From the human T2T-CHM13v2.0 reference genome, Homo sapiens, in NCBI RefSeq assembly GCF_009914755.1, contig NC_060928.1: DNA of 64,000 bases. The stretch is one strand, 5' to 3'. Below are positions 13,424 to 29,950 of this stretch, piece by piece. How positions within the stretch are numbered: position 1 is the first letter of the stretch; every line of letters starts with the position of its first letter. Position numbers and translations under genes: made by a program. Under the pieces are notes generated by a model that was given only the letters and a program-made list of their open reading frames with translations, made no database searches and was not told where the DNA came from.

Positions 13424-13817
13424 ACAAAGAAATATTTCATTTAAACTGCACTTTAGACCAAATGGACTTAACAGACATTTACAGAACATTCTATCCAGCA
13501 GCTACATCATATATATTATATTCATCATACATGGGACATATATGTCAGGCCACAAAACAAGTCTCAACAAATTTTAAAACTTGAAATCATATCAAGCATA
13601 TTCTCAGACCACAGTGCAATAAAACTAAGAGTCAATAACAAGAGGAACTTTGGAAACTATACAAATACATAGAAATTAAACAACATGCTCTTGAACAACC
13701 ATTGGGCAATGAAGAAATTAGAAAAGAAGTAAAAAATGTCTTGAAACAACTGAAAATAAAAACACAACATACGAAAATCTGTGAGCAATTGCAAAAGCAG
13801 TGCTAAGAGAGAAATGT

Positions 13818-14165
<348 letters not shown>

Positions 14166-16485
14166 CTAATGAATCACCTCAAAGAATTAGAAAAGCAAGC
14201 ACAAACAAAACCCAAAATTAATAAAGGGAAAGAAATAATAAAGGTCAGAGAAAAACTAAGCAAAATAGAAACTAAAAACTCAATACAAAGAATCAATGAA
14301 ATTGTTTGTTTTTTGAAAAGATAAGCAAAATTGATAAACTACTAGCTAAACTAGCCAAGAGAGAAAAGACCCAAATGAACAAAATCAGAAATAAAAAAGG
14401 AGACATACAACTGATACCATAGCAATACAGATTATTATGAACTCCTACACACTAACAAACTGGAAACCTAGAAGAAATCGATGTATTTGTGGACACATAC
14501 AATCTACCAAGATTAAAACAGGAAAAATAAAATAAAATCCTGAACACACAATTAAGGAGTAATGAGTTTGAATCAATAATAAAAAGTCTCCCGACAAAGA
14601 AAAGCCCAGGACTGAATGGCTTTATTGCTGAATTCTACCAAACTTTTAAAGAAGAACTAATACCAATTCTCCTCAAACTATTCCAAAAAATTGCAGAGAA
14701 TTCTTCCTACTGCATTCTACAAGGCCAGCATTACTCTGATAACAAAACCAGAGAAAACATGCACACACACAAAACTTCTTGATGAACATAGACACAAAAA
14801 TCCTCATCAAAATACTAGCAAACTGAATCTAATAGCATATCAAAGATAATACACCACGATCAAGTAAGATTTATCCTAGGGATGCAAGGATGGCTTAACA
14901 TATGTAAATCAGTAAATGAGATACATCACATCAACAGAATAAAGGACAAAATTTATATAATCATCTCAATAGATGCAGAAAAGGCATTTGATAAAAATTT
15001 AACATTTCTTCATGATAAAAATCTCAAGAAACTAGGCATGAAAAGAACATACCCTAATACAATAAAAGCCATTTATGGCAAACCCACAGCTAATGCCATA
15101 CTGAATGGAGAAAAGCTGAAAACCTTTCCTCTAAGAACTAGAACAAAACAAGGATGCCCACTTTCACTATTCCTATTGAAAATAGTACTAGAAGTCTTAA
15201 TCAGAGCAATCAGGTAAGAGAAAGAAACAAAAGACATCTAAATTGGAAAAGAAAAATCAAGTTGTCCCTTTTTGCAGATGACATATTTCACATTTAGAAA
15301 CATTGAAAAACTCCACCAGAAAATGCTTAGAACTGATAAATAAATTCAGTAACTTCAAAGAATACAAAATCAACATATAAAAATTCAGTATTTCTTTGCA
15401 CTAATAATGAACTAGCTGAAAAAGAAATAAAAAAGGCAATCTCATTTACAATAACTAACAAAAAATTAAAATATCTAGAAGTAAATATAACCAAGGAGGT
15501 GAAAGAAGACCACCACAAGGAAAACTACAAAACACAGATGAAAGAAATTGAAGAGAACACAAATGGAAAGACACCCTATGTTCATGAATCAGAAGAATTA
15601 ATATTGTTAAATTGACCATGATACACAAAGGACTCTACAGATTCAATGCAATCGCTATCAAAATACTAGTGATGTTTTTCACAAAAATAGAAAAAAAAAT
15701 CTAAAATTTGTGTGAAACCAAAAGAGAGCCCAAATAGCCCAAGCAATCCTGAAAGAGCAAATCTAGGAGGATCACACTACCTGATTTCAAAATATATTAC
15801 AAGGCTATAGTAACCAAAGCAGCATAGTAGTGGCATAAAAATGGATACAAAGACCAATGGAACAAAATACAGAAATCAGAAATAAATCCAGATATTCACA
15901 GCCAACTAATTTTTGACAATGGTACCAAGAACATATATTGGGGAAAGGACACCTTCTTCAGTAAATAGTGCTGGTAAACCTGGCTATCCATATGCAGAAG
16001 AATTAAACTGGACCCCTAAACTTCCCCATATACAAAAATCAATTCAAGATGGGTTAAAGACAAACATTAGACCCAAAATTATAAAACTACTTAAAAAAAA
16101 ATAGGCAAAACACTTCAAGACAGCAGTGTAGGTAACAACATCATTAATAAGACCATAAAAGCACAGGCAATTACAACAAAAATAGACAAACAAGACTATA
16201 ATAAACTCAAAAGCTTCTTCACAGCATTGGAAACACTCAACAGATGGAAGACACAACCTGTTGAATGGGAGAAAATATTTGCAAACTATCCATCTGACAA
16301 GGGACAAATATCCAGAATATACAAAGAACTCAAACAACTTAAAAGAAATAAAATGCTATTAAAAAGTGGGCAAAGGACAGGAATAGACATTTCCCAAAAG
16401 GAGACATACAAATGGCCAAAAGGTATATGAAAAAATTCTCAACATCACTAATCATCACAGAAATTCAAGTTAAAACCACAGTGAG

Positions 16486-16625
16486 TGAGGGACAAAAACT
16501 ACATATTAAGTACAATGTGCATCACTCCAGTGACAGGTACACTAAAATTTCAGACTTCACCACTATAAAAGTCATCCATGTAACCAAAAACCACTCATAC
16601 CCCTAAAGCTATAGGAATTTTAAAA
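16486..16625 (+). mobile_element. ~140-bp L1PB 3'-end insertion
   Basis: L1PB-type terminal text (cagacttcaccactata…catccatgtaaccaaaaaccac). TSD aaaaccacagtgag 16472-16485 / aaaaccacaatgag 16626-16639 at tt/aaaa. Confidence 0.85.
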
Positions 16626-17479
16626 AAAACCACAATGAGATATCTCATCCCAGCTGGAATGGCTATTATCAAAAAGATAAAAAATGATAAATGCTGGCAA
16701 GGATGCTGAGTAAAGGGAATTCTTATGCACTGTTGGAGGGAATGTAAATTTGTATAGCTATTATGGAAGAGAGCATAGAAATTTCTCAAAAAACTAAAAA
16801 TAGAACTACCATATGATTCAGCAATCCCATTACTGCATATTTATCCAAGGAATGGAAATCAGTATATCAAAGGGATACCTGCACTCCTTTGTTTATTGCA
16901 GTACTATTCACAATCGCAAAGATATGGAATCAACCCAGGTGTCCAACAATGAATAAACAGATAAAGGAAATGTGGTATATATACACAATGGTATACCATG
17001 TGGTCATAAAAAGGAATAAGATCCTGTCATTTGCGGCAACATGGATGGAACTGGAGGTCACTATGTTAAGTGAAATAAGCTACGCACAGAAATATAAATA
17101 TTGGGTATCCTCACTCATATATGGAAGCTAAAAATGTTGATCTTATGGAGGTAGGCAGTACAAAGATAGATACCAGAGGCTGGAAAGGTTGGGGCAGGGG
17201 AGTAAAGAAAGGTTAGTTAATGGATACAAACATACAGTTAGATAGAAGGAATAAGTTCTAATGTTTGAAGGCAGAGTAGGGTGACTATAGCTAACAACAA
17301 AAGATCTAGAAGAGAGGACTTGAAATTTTCCCAACACAGAAATAATAAATTCTCAAGGTGATGGATACCCTAAATGTGCTGACTTGATCATTACACATTC
17401 ATTCTGTGCATGTGAAAATATTACATGTACCCCATAAATGCATACAAATATTATTTATCAAAAAAAAATTTTAGAGCAT

Positions 17480-17830
17480 TATCCTTGTCCAGTGTGCCAT
17501 CTCTTGCTCAGCTTTCCTGTATGGTACTTCACACTCAGGTCAGCTCTCTTTACCTGGGGCTAAGAGAAGCTACGGCCAGCTTCCACCTTCATTAGCTTTG
17601 CAGGTAGAAATCCCAGCATAAAGACAGGGCCCACAAAAAGTCCTGCAGGGTGTGCTCTATTGGTCAAGCTTGGGATTTGTGAACCAAATACTCAGGCTGC
17701 AGGAATGAAATAACCTGATTGACCAGCTCAGGTCAACTAGTGAGCTGAGTCACAGACCTACTGCTAGAGCCACAGGGTGAATCTGTACCACCTGAATCGC
17801 ATGGACTAAGAACAAGGGAAAACTTCCTCC
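17480..17830 (-). mobile_element. Old MaLR LTR relic (MLT1J/K-like)
   Basis: Motifs ctctattggtcaagcttggg…gaaccaa…ctgattgaccagctcaggtca resemble the MLT1J/K reverse strand; heavily diverged. Confidence 0.5.
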
Positions 17831-17954
17831 TGAGAGATACTAGCATACAGTGGAATATGTACAATGTACTTCATTGCCCTGCGTACATTCCCTCAACCCT
17901 CCTTGTTTGATGCAAGCATGAGTATTTAATGCAAATAGTTGATATTTTCTACTT

Positions 17955-18312
17955 GAGAACTCTCTCTGGCTGTGGAGCAAGACAGACAGGCCTACCAGGG
18001 AGGTGGAGTCCACAGGTACAGTTTTCAACCGGTGACATGAAGTTGTTGAATACAACAACTGCTTCAACTCCTCAAGAGCAACAACTCTGAAGCATGTTCT
18101 AGATAGACCCTCTCCCAGTGAAGGTAATCCCAGTGAGGGGACCAGTGCAATTGAGCCCCAGGTCTCCACAATGGTAACCTGCTTTTTAGCTCAAGTTTTC
18201 TGCTTCACTCCCCCGCCGTGCTACCTCAGTTACCTGGAATCACCTCCGAAATAACGTACGGACATTGCAATATATGTCTGAGGGTCTGATTGTGTGGAAA
18301 CTCAAAATAACA
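17955..18312 (+). mobile_element. LTR16-type ERVL LTR relic
   Basis: 3' end cctggaatcacctccgaaataac…tctgagggtctg…aaactcaaaataaca resembles the LTR16 terminus. Confidence 0.6.
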
Positions 18313-18528
18313 TGAACATCATGGTTGGTGAATCCATACTGTTTTCTGTTCATTTCATGTGAAGAAAATTTGTAGGAAATGCTTTGGGCATTGTCTCTCT
18401 GTTTTCTTCATAAGACTCAGTATATTTGTCTGGACACTTACTGGGTACTAAAAAAGTATTCTGTTAGTTCATTTCAATCCAGAGAAAATATTTATTTATC
18501 CAGAAAAATATAGCAAGGCATATGTAGA

Positions 18529-18906
18529 TATATTAGTATGCTAGGGCTGCCATAACAAAGTACCACAGACTGGGCGACTGAAACAACAGAAATTTGTTAT
18601 CTCATGGTGGAGGCTGGAAATCAGAGTTCAAGGTGTAAGCAGCATTGATTTCTTCTGAGACCTTTCTCCTTGACATGTAGATGGCCGTCTTCTTCCTGTG
18701 TCTTCACATGGTTCCCTCTGTATCTGTGTAATAATCTCTTCTTATATGGATGCTAGTCTGGTTGTATTACAGGCCATTCTAATGACCTCATTTTGACTTC
18801 ATTACTTCTTTGAAGGCCCTGAAACCAAATACAGTCACATTCTGAGGGACTGAGGGTTAAGATTTCAACATATAAATTTGGGTGAGATACGATTCAACCC
18901 ATAACA
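18529..18906 (-). mobile_element. MLT1A/B MaLR solo LTR
   Basis: tattagt…gggctgccataacaaagtaccacagactggg start and caacccataaca end; 5-bp TSD gtaga/gtgga. Confidence 0.88.
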
Positions 18907-20755
18907 GTGGATGTCTGTGTTTTGTGTCATTTTTGTCTTTAGAGGCAAAATGCTTTGTGAATAGATGATTTATTTGCCATCCTCCTCTCCACAGATTAGA
19001 ACAATATGGATTACAGAATAGTGTGCTTTTTTTAAACTCAAGGTTCAGCATTGCTGAGTGGGCCGAGACGCCTCTCCCAAAATAAATAAAGGGAAGAAAT
19101 TTTGAAAACAAGGAAGAACTACAACAGAAAGAAATCTGTGAGCCTCCTGAGTAACATAACCAGGTTCTTGACAAATAGTCCTCCCACAGCACGAACAAGG
19201 AAAGGCATTCTGATCTGATTTTGAGTCTCCACAAGAAACACCAGCCTTCAGCTCTGGTAGAATTCACCTCATCACCACTGTAGATTTGATATGGCAGACT
19301 CACTTTGTATGTCAAGATTGCATTATGCATTCATTTCTCCATGACTTAAATAAGGACACTGGGGGGCCAGTGAACAATGCTAGGCTCTCTTAATTCTGCA
19401 GATGGATAGGGAAAATGATGATTGGCTCCAAATGATTAGAGAGTGTGATGATAGTATGATTTACGACCAGCAGTCCCAATGTGGCTATTATTTAGTGTTA
19501 TGAATAAACTGAGAAAGATGTTCTCTTATGCCACATCACAAGCCAGTATCATCTGAACAGCTTGGTGATGTCATGACCCAAGAATCAAGAAAGTATTTCA
19601 TTGAGGAGATGGGTGGAATGTGAAGACATGAATGCAGTGATTAAAGAGGCAATGAAAATTGCTTATTTCTGCCTAACAAATGACTTGTCAGCTACAGAAA
19701 CCAACTCCACTCAACTCTGCACCTTTTTGTATTTTGACACAAAGTTCCATCTTTCCTTACCACTGGAATTTTTGGCTCTTTTGGGCTTCCTTCCTACACA
19801 TATTTCATGACTCAGAGAGCATGCTAAAATACAGATAGAGATTTCTTGGTTCAGGAAACCAAGCCAAGTTCATTTGCTTCTTGATGCATGTCACCAGGCC
19901 ATCGGGTCTTTTAAAGAAATTTTTTAAATACAACTTTCTCTAGGCTCCTGATCTTTCAGACCCATGGCAATCTGGGGCCTGTTTCCTATTCCCCACATGC
20001 ACTTTCAGCTGTGGTCTTTTTCCAATCAATTTCCAGATGTTGTTGCTTATTCATTTTATTTTCAGCACATTTTATCCTTTCCTGAACTCCCACATAATCT
20101 TCTTCCATGCCACCCTTCCTTCCCATACCCACCCCAACGAGGCAAATTCCTAAACTCTGCTGCAATTACACCAAATTTAATTGGCTCTTTCATGCCCCAG
20201 CTGACTGTGTCTTGACTCTGAAGACAAAAGAGATGATTGGACTTCAGGAAGAGCCTTTTCAGAATGAACTCCCAGCTGATGGCCAGATGCTGTTGAGGTC
20301 TGGGCTGCCTATTGTGTAAAGTCTCTGTAGGGAAAAAAAAACATTCACTGGGGCCCTGAAGTACAAACCGCAGTTTGTTTTAGAATCATTTTTTTAATGT
20401 CTTTGTGCAAATGTCAAACCAGTAAGCCAGAAATGTTGTTTAAATTGTTATTGTACAATATAAAAATTGCAAAGAGGTCTTGCCTTTCTCTAGTACTTCA
20501 GCTTTTGGCAGTATTTGGAAATGAGCTCTTCCACAAAGGATTGATTTTTAAGACAATTGAAACATCTTTAAGACAGCTGAAACATCTTTAACAATTGAAA
20601 ATCTGCAACCATTTTTACATAAATCTTTCTAGTATGCATTACACTTTAGAGTGTGCTGATCATAAGCTAATGTTTTCTTAATGATTCAGAACCAATGTTA
20701 AGAATACAAGCAGCCATGCCATAAGATCTATATTTGTCTGCTTTTCCTCACATCC

Positions 20756-20914
20756 AGGTTTCCCAACCTTGGCATTATTGATATCTTGGGTCAGATAATC
20801 CTTTGTTGTGGGAGTATGGCCTGTACAATGTAGGATGTTTAGCAGCATCCCTGGTCTCTACCTACTAGGTGCCAGTAGCACCATCCCTTCAGTGGTGACA
20901 ACCAATAACATTTT
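20756..20914 (+). mobile_element. MER20 (hAT-Charlie) DNA transposon, truncated
   Basis: caaccttggcattattgatatcttgggtcagataatcctttgttgtggg…gtaggatgtttagcagcatccctgg is characteristic of MER20. Confidence 0.85.
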
Positions 20915-21162
20915 AAGGGTGAGAAGGTATACCATCACATGTTCTCAACATTGTACTCTAGGCCCTAGTCAGTGCAATAAGAAAGAAAAAGGAAAAGGAA
21001 AAGTATAATGATTGAAAAATAGGAAAAAACACATTATCCTTATTTGCAAATAACATGACTATATACATGGAAAATTCAAAATAATCTGCAAACTGTTGTA
21101 ATTAATAAAAGTGAATTTAGAGGGTAATTAGTAACAAAATTGACACAGAAAAACAAATTCTG

Positions 21163-21429
<267 letters not shown>

Positions 21430-21626
21430 TTATAAGTTTCTATGACTTTAAAAATATTGGAAAATAAAATTTAAAAAATACTACATACAGTCTCATTAAG
21501 AAAATCAAATAATTAGAAATGAATTTAATGAAAGATGCATATGAGCAAAAACTACAAAATATTAAAGAGAAATTACCTAAATAAATCAAGAGACACAACA
21601 TGTACTCAAGATTACTAAGGTTTCTT

Positions 21627-21800
21627 GCCAGCAATGGTGGTTCACACCTATAATCTCAGCACTTTGGGAGGCCAAAGTGGAAGAATTACTTGAGGCCAGA
21701 AGTTTGAGACCAGCCTGGGTAACATAGTGAGACACCATCTCTACTGAGTGTGGTAGTGCCTGTCTGTAGTCCTAGCTAGTTGGGAGGCTGAGGCAGAAAG
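21627..21800 (+). mobile_element. AluJ-like fragment with internal deletion
   Basis: Left arm with cttgaggccagaagtttgagaccagcctgggtaacatagtgagac; linker missing; right arm partial. Confidence 0.8.
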
Positions 21801-21927
21801 AAAAAAAATTTTTTTCAATTATCTCAAAATTTATCTGCAGATTCAATGAAATCCAAAACCAAATCCCAGCAAAGATTTTTTTAATTGAAACATAAATCTA
21901 AATGTATATGAAAATTAAAAGGACTTA

Positions 21928-22304
<377 letters not shown>

Positions 22305-23041
22305 CTACAGTAATTAAGACAGTGTCATATTGGACCAATAGAATAGAAAAAAAGTATTATATTTATTTTTTTGAACTTTTAGATTCAGCAGTATATGTGC
22401 AGGTTTGTTATATGGGTAAATTGCCTGTCACAGGGGTTTGGTGTACAGATGATTTCATCACCCAGGTGATAAGCATGGTACCTGACAGGTAGTTGTGAGA
22501 TCCTCACCCTCCTCTCGCTCTCCACCCTCAAGTAGGCTCTGATGCCTATTGTTTCCTTCTCTGTGTCCATGTGTACTCAATGTTTAGCTCCTACTTATAA
22601 GTAAGAATATGTGGTATTTGGTTTTCTGTTCCTGTGTTAGTTTGCTTAGAATAATGGCTCCCAGCTCCATCCATGCTGCTGCAAAAGACATAATCTCATT
22701 CTTTTTATGGCTGCATAGTATTCCATGGTGTATATGTACCACATTTTCTTTATCCAGTCTACCATTGATGGGCGTTTAGGTTGATTTCATGTCTTTGCTA
22801 TTGTGAATAGTGCTACAATGAACGTACACATATATGTGTCTTTGTGGCAGAACAATTTATATTCCTTTTAGTATATATCCAATAATGAAATTGCTGAATT
22901 GAATAGTTCTTTTTTAAGTTCTTTGAGAAATCACCAGACTGCTTTCCACAGTGGCTGAACTAATTTACATCCCCACCAGCAGTGTGCAAGCATTCCCTTT
23001 TTCCCACAGTCTCACCACTATTTGTGAGTTTTTGACTTTTT

Positions 23042-24883
<1,842 letters not shown>

Positions 24884-25883
24884 TAAAAGTTCTTTATAGA
24901 TTCTGGATATTAAACCTTTGTCAGATGAGTATCACATTTAGATGCATTTTATACTGTCGAATGATTGAAAGAAAAGTTGCTACTAAAATTCTGTGGGGAG
25001 AAAGGTGATAATTTTAGTAAATGATGCCATAACAATTGGATTTCTATATGGAAAAAAATGAATCTTGATGCCTACATCATCCCATACATAAAAATTTAAT
25101 TTGAATTTATCATACACATAAATATAAATGGTAAAACCATAAAAAATCTTTTGAAAAAGTACAGGAGAATATCTTCATTGCTAATGCAAAAAGTACTAAA
25201 TGTAAATTTAAAAATGTTAAATTAGATTAATTAATCTTAAGAATTTCTCTTCATCACCATAAGATATATTAAGAGAGTCAAAAAACAAGCCACAGAGTGA
25301 GAGAAGATACTGACAACACTATATTCAGCAAAGGAATATGTACATAATATATTTTTAAAAAACAATTTTAAGTTGGATAGAAGACATGCCCAGAATTGTT
25401 ATAAAAGAAGATATACAAATGGCCAATAATATATGAGAAGGAATGCAAAATCATTACTCCTCAGGGATAGCAAATTTAAACCACAGATACCATCACACAC
25501 CCAGCAGAATGGCTAAAATTGAAATGGTTGGCAATATCAAGTGTTAACAAGAATGTGAAGCAACGGGATTGCTGGTGAAAGTGTAAATTGGTACAACCTG
25601 TTTGGAAAACTATTTGGCAGTACCTCATAAAGCTAAATGTCTACCCACTTCATTGCCCAGCAATTACACTTCTAAGTACATATTTAAGAGAAATAAATAC
25701 ATATTTACTTTAAAAAGACATAAGAACATGAACAAGAATGATCACACCCATTTTATTCATGATAACAAAAGACTAGAAATAACTGTACATCAAAAAGATC
25801 ATGAATAAATAACAGTGTAAAACTTTATAGTGTATTGCTGTATGGGGAATACTCACACAGCAATAAAAAAGAATAAACTACTG

Positions 25884-26075
25884 CAGTGGTAAACATTTAA
25901 CGACTGCCTCTCCAGCGAGGGAAAAAGTCCTGATTGGTAGCATTTCCTGATTTTTGTGGCATAAATACTCCCACCATGGCCATTTTCAAGTTACCCACAT
26001 GAAGTCACAGAATGCAGCATTGCAAAAAAATGTGCACAACTGCAAGCTGTGTGAGCCAGCTTCAGCACACTGCTG
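25884..26075 (-). mobile_element. MER63-like hAT DNA transposon relic
   Basis: taaatactcccaccatggccattttcaagttacc…gagccagcttcagcacactgctg is the reverse complement of the MER63 5' end. Confidence 0.75.
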
Positions 26076-26365
26076 CATTACTAATACATGCAACAATATT
26101 GAGGAATCTCTCACACCCTATGCTGAGCAAAATAAGTCAGAAAGTAAAGAGTGTCCAAATATTGCTTTTATATTAATTAGAATAAGAAAAAATATTTGAT
26201 GATGAAAGAAGTCAGAAAAGAGGTTACTATGGAGAATTGGTCTTGATAGGAAAGCAGGACAAAAAACCTTCCTAGGATACTGGAAATATTTTATATCTAA
26301 CTTTACTCAGTGATTACACACAATATATATCTCATATCTCGATAGATTTACATAAAAATTCATCA

Positions 26366-26524
26366 TGCTAAATGACGAGTTAATGGGTGCAGCACACCAA
26401 CATGGCACACGTACACATTTGTAACAAACCTGCACGTTGTGCACATGTACCCTAAAACTTAAAGTATAATAATAATAAAATATAATAAAATAAAGAAAAA
26501 GTAAAAAATAAGATAAAAAAATAA
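26366..26524 (+). mobile_element. ~105-bp L1PA4-like 3' tip with long A-rich tail
   Basis: gctaaatgacgagttaatgggtgcagcacaccaac…ccctaaaacttaaagtataat; TSD aaaaattcatca 26354-26365 / 26525-26536. Confidence 0.92.
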
Positions 26525-26619
26525 AAAAATTCATCAAGCTGTAAACATAAAAGTAGTGTGCTTTATATGCTTTACTGTATATATGTAATATATGAATTTT
26601 TAAATTTTCAAGTAGGATA

Positions 26620-27930
26620 ATGTTGAGTAAATGTAGCTAATTAAACACACATTTTTTTGGTTCATTTTGAAATCTGATTAAAGGAACAGAACTTTTTTAA
26701 GGCAAAGACCCATCAGAATGGGGCAAATAGGAGAGGAGACTACAAAATATTTGAAGCTAGAAAAACACTGGACAAGAGAAAATTACTAGTCTGAGAAAAC
26801 TAAATGCTAAGCTACCAGTGGAGAAGGCCAATACCAACATAGTTTACACCACAGATTCTCCAAGAAATTCAGAAATCAATGCAGAAATTATCATTAAAAA
26901 CAAAAGCAGAGGAATGGTGCTAAAACAAGGAAGGTTGGTTGATAGCTTCCAGATGCGAAAAAAAACAAGTCAAATATTAAAATTCAGGAATTAGAACGCC
27001 CTCTGAGTTTTCATAAGCAACACTGGAATCTGGAAGACAATAGAAAAATATTTTCTCAAAATTATTAAGAAGATTTACAACCTAGACATATTTATCCAAA
27101 GAAGTTATCAATCAAGTGTGAAGATAGACTAAAGAATATTTTAGACATGCAAGAACTCGTAAATTTTTCTCTCACAAATCCTTTCTCTGGAAGTTATTAG
27201 AGATTATATTCTACCAAACTGAAAGAGTAAACTCAGATGGAGGATTCTGGCAACAGGAAATCCAGAGTCAAAGGGAATCCTAAACCGATGGTAGCAGTGA
27301 TCCTAGAATGATCTCTCTTAATAGTAATATGGAGTAACCTGCCCACATTAGAAACTGTAAAAGGCTTAGAGAAATTTCTTCAAAAGGATGAAGTTGATAG
27401 AGTACCTAATATGTCTCAACATCTGAAGATGTTCACTTAGCAGTTTTGAAGCCGGTCATGTTATTCCTAGAAAGTCAAGTAAATGACATCCTCTGCCCCT
27501 TCCCCGCCCAAAAGAGAGATATTGACTTCAGGGAACATGAATATTTGTCATAGGTTGCTTCATAGCATTTTTAAAAATTATAATAACAAAAGCAATAAAT
27601 AACTATAAAACTCTACTGAGAAATTATATTGAGGATAGAAAGTGTGTGCATATGTATTTGGCATAGGGAGAAAAAAGATAATCAAACCCTCATCCTCCAT
27701 GAAGGAAGTTGAATAGATAATGCCTAAACTGAGAATCGCGAAGTAGCAATACAGCATGCTATTCAGATATATAAAAATTGAATGAAAGAAATAGCTAAAA
27801 AAAATTAGTTTTTTGTGAATAGTAGGAATGTGAGACTAGAGGCAGGATCCAGCTATTATTTTCCTATAACAAGCTGTGGAGAATCATTTGATTCTTTATA
27901 CTACATAAATGTATAATTTTGATATACATG
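26620..27930 (+). mobile_element. HAL1 (half-L1)-like relic
   Basis: Decayed ORF1 C-terminal text (agcaacactggaatctggaagacaatag…caacctagacatatttatcc) followed by a HAL1-like 3' end (catttgattctttatactacataaatgtataattttgata) with no ORF2 between. Confidence 0.55.
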
Positions 27931-27937
27931 GTTTTTA

Positions 27938-28336
<399 letters not shown>

Positions 28337-29229
28337 TTAGATATATAATTATTGACTTTTTAAAAAAACTCTATATATGCCCACACATAGACAACTGGTT
28401 TTCAACAAAGGTATAAAGTGATTGAGTGGACAAAAGACAGGACTTCTGACAAATGATGGTGGGCCAAGTCAACATTCATATTTACAAAAAATGAATTTTT
28501 GATCTATACCTTTCACCATATGCAAAAATTAAGTCAGTCATGATGGATCACAGACCTAAAGGTAAAACCTAAAAAGAAAGACAGTCTACATGACTTTGGA
28601 TCAGGTAAATATTTTGTATATATGACAGTCCAAGCACAATTCATAAATAAATAAATTGATAAATTGGGTTTCATCACAATTTAAAATTTCTACCCTCTGA
28701 ACAACACTGTGAAGAGTATGAAAAAAACAAGCCAGAGGCTAGAAGAAAATATTTACAAAACATATGACTAAGAAGGTACTTGAATCCAGAATATATAAAG
28801 AACTCCCAAAACTCAATTATAGGAAAACAAATGACACAACAATAAAAAAGGGGTAAAATATTTGAACAAACAACCCAAGAAATACAGGTGGCAAATAAGT
28901 ACATTTTTAAATGCTCAGTATCTCTAGTCATCAGGGAAATGTAAATTTAAACTACAATAGCATCCCCCTATACACTTATTTAAAGGGTTAAAATTTAAAA
29001 GATTGACCTCACCAAGTGTTGGCAAGGATGTGGAGAAACGGGAAATCTCATAAACTACTGGAGAAAATGTAAAATAGTACAACCACTTTGCAAAACAGTT
29101 TAGCAGTTCTCTTAAACAGTTAAATACACATCTGTCAAATGATCTAGACATTCCACTTCTATGTATTTATTTAAGAGAAAGGAAAGTATATGTCCATAGA
29201 AAGACTTGTGCAGGAATGTCCATGGCAAC

Positions 29230-29272
<43 letters not shown>

Positions 29273-29540
29273 TTGAGACAGAGTCTCGCTCTGTTGCCCA
29301 GGTTGGAGTGCAATGGTGATCTTGGCTCACTGGAATCTCTGCCACCTGGGCTCAGGTGATCACCTTGCTTCAGCCTCCCAAGTAGCTGGGACTACAGGTG
29401 AAAGCCACCATGCCTGACTAATTTTTGTATTTTTTGTAGAGCCGGGGTTTTGCCATAATGCCCAGGCTGGTCTCAAACTCTTGGGCTCAAGCAATCTGCC
29501 TGCCTCCACCTCCCAAAGTGCTGGGACTACAGGTGTGAGC
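29230..29540 (-). mobile_element. AluJ with (TTTA)n tail microsatellite
   Basis: (ttta)n 29230-29274 followed by reverse Alu with cctgggctcaggtgatc / ttgggctcaagcaatc J-type diagnostics. Confidence 0.9.
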
Positions 29541-29816
29541 TGAGTTGAGGCTCAGCCTCAACTTTATTTTTAATGACCAAAAACTAGGACCAACCCCAAT
29601 GTCCATCAACAGGTGAATATAAACACAAACTATGATGTATCTGTACAACAAAAAATAATCAGCAATAAAAAGGAATGAACTGTTGATACAAACTACAACA
29701 TGAATCAACCTCAAAATAATTATGCTGAGAGAAAGAAACTAGACAAAAAGAAGCACTTGCTGTATAATTCCACTTACATAAATTTCTAGAAAAGTAAAGC
29801 AAATATAAAATGACAA

Positions 29817-29950
29817 CCAGCACGGTGGCTTACGTAGTAGCCCCCAGCTACTCAGGGGGCTGAGGCAGAAGGATCACTTGAGGCCAGGATGTCAAGACAA
29901 GCCTGAGCAACAAAGTGAGACTTCAGCTCTAAAACAAATAAAAAATAAAA
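29817..29950 (+). mobile_element. Alu monomer (FLAM-like)
   Basis: Single arm …ggctgaggcagaaggatcacttgaggccagga… with an A-rich tail. Confidence 0.75.

Noticed and set aside
18857-19330. 157-aa minus-strand ORF in mostly unique DNA
   Set aside because: No recognisable domain, it ends inside an MLT1 LTR, and its composition looks non-coding. The same applies to 53983-54405 (inside MLT1) and 17840-18169.
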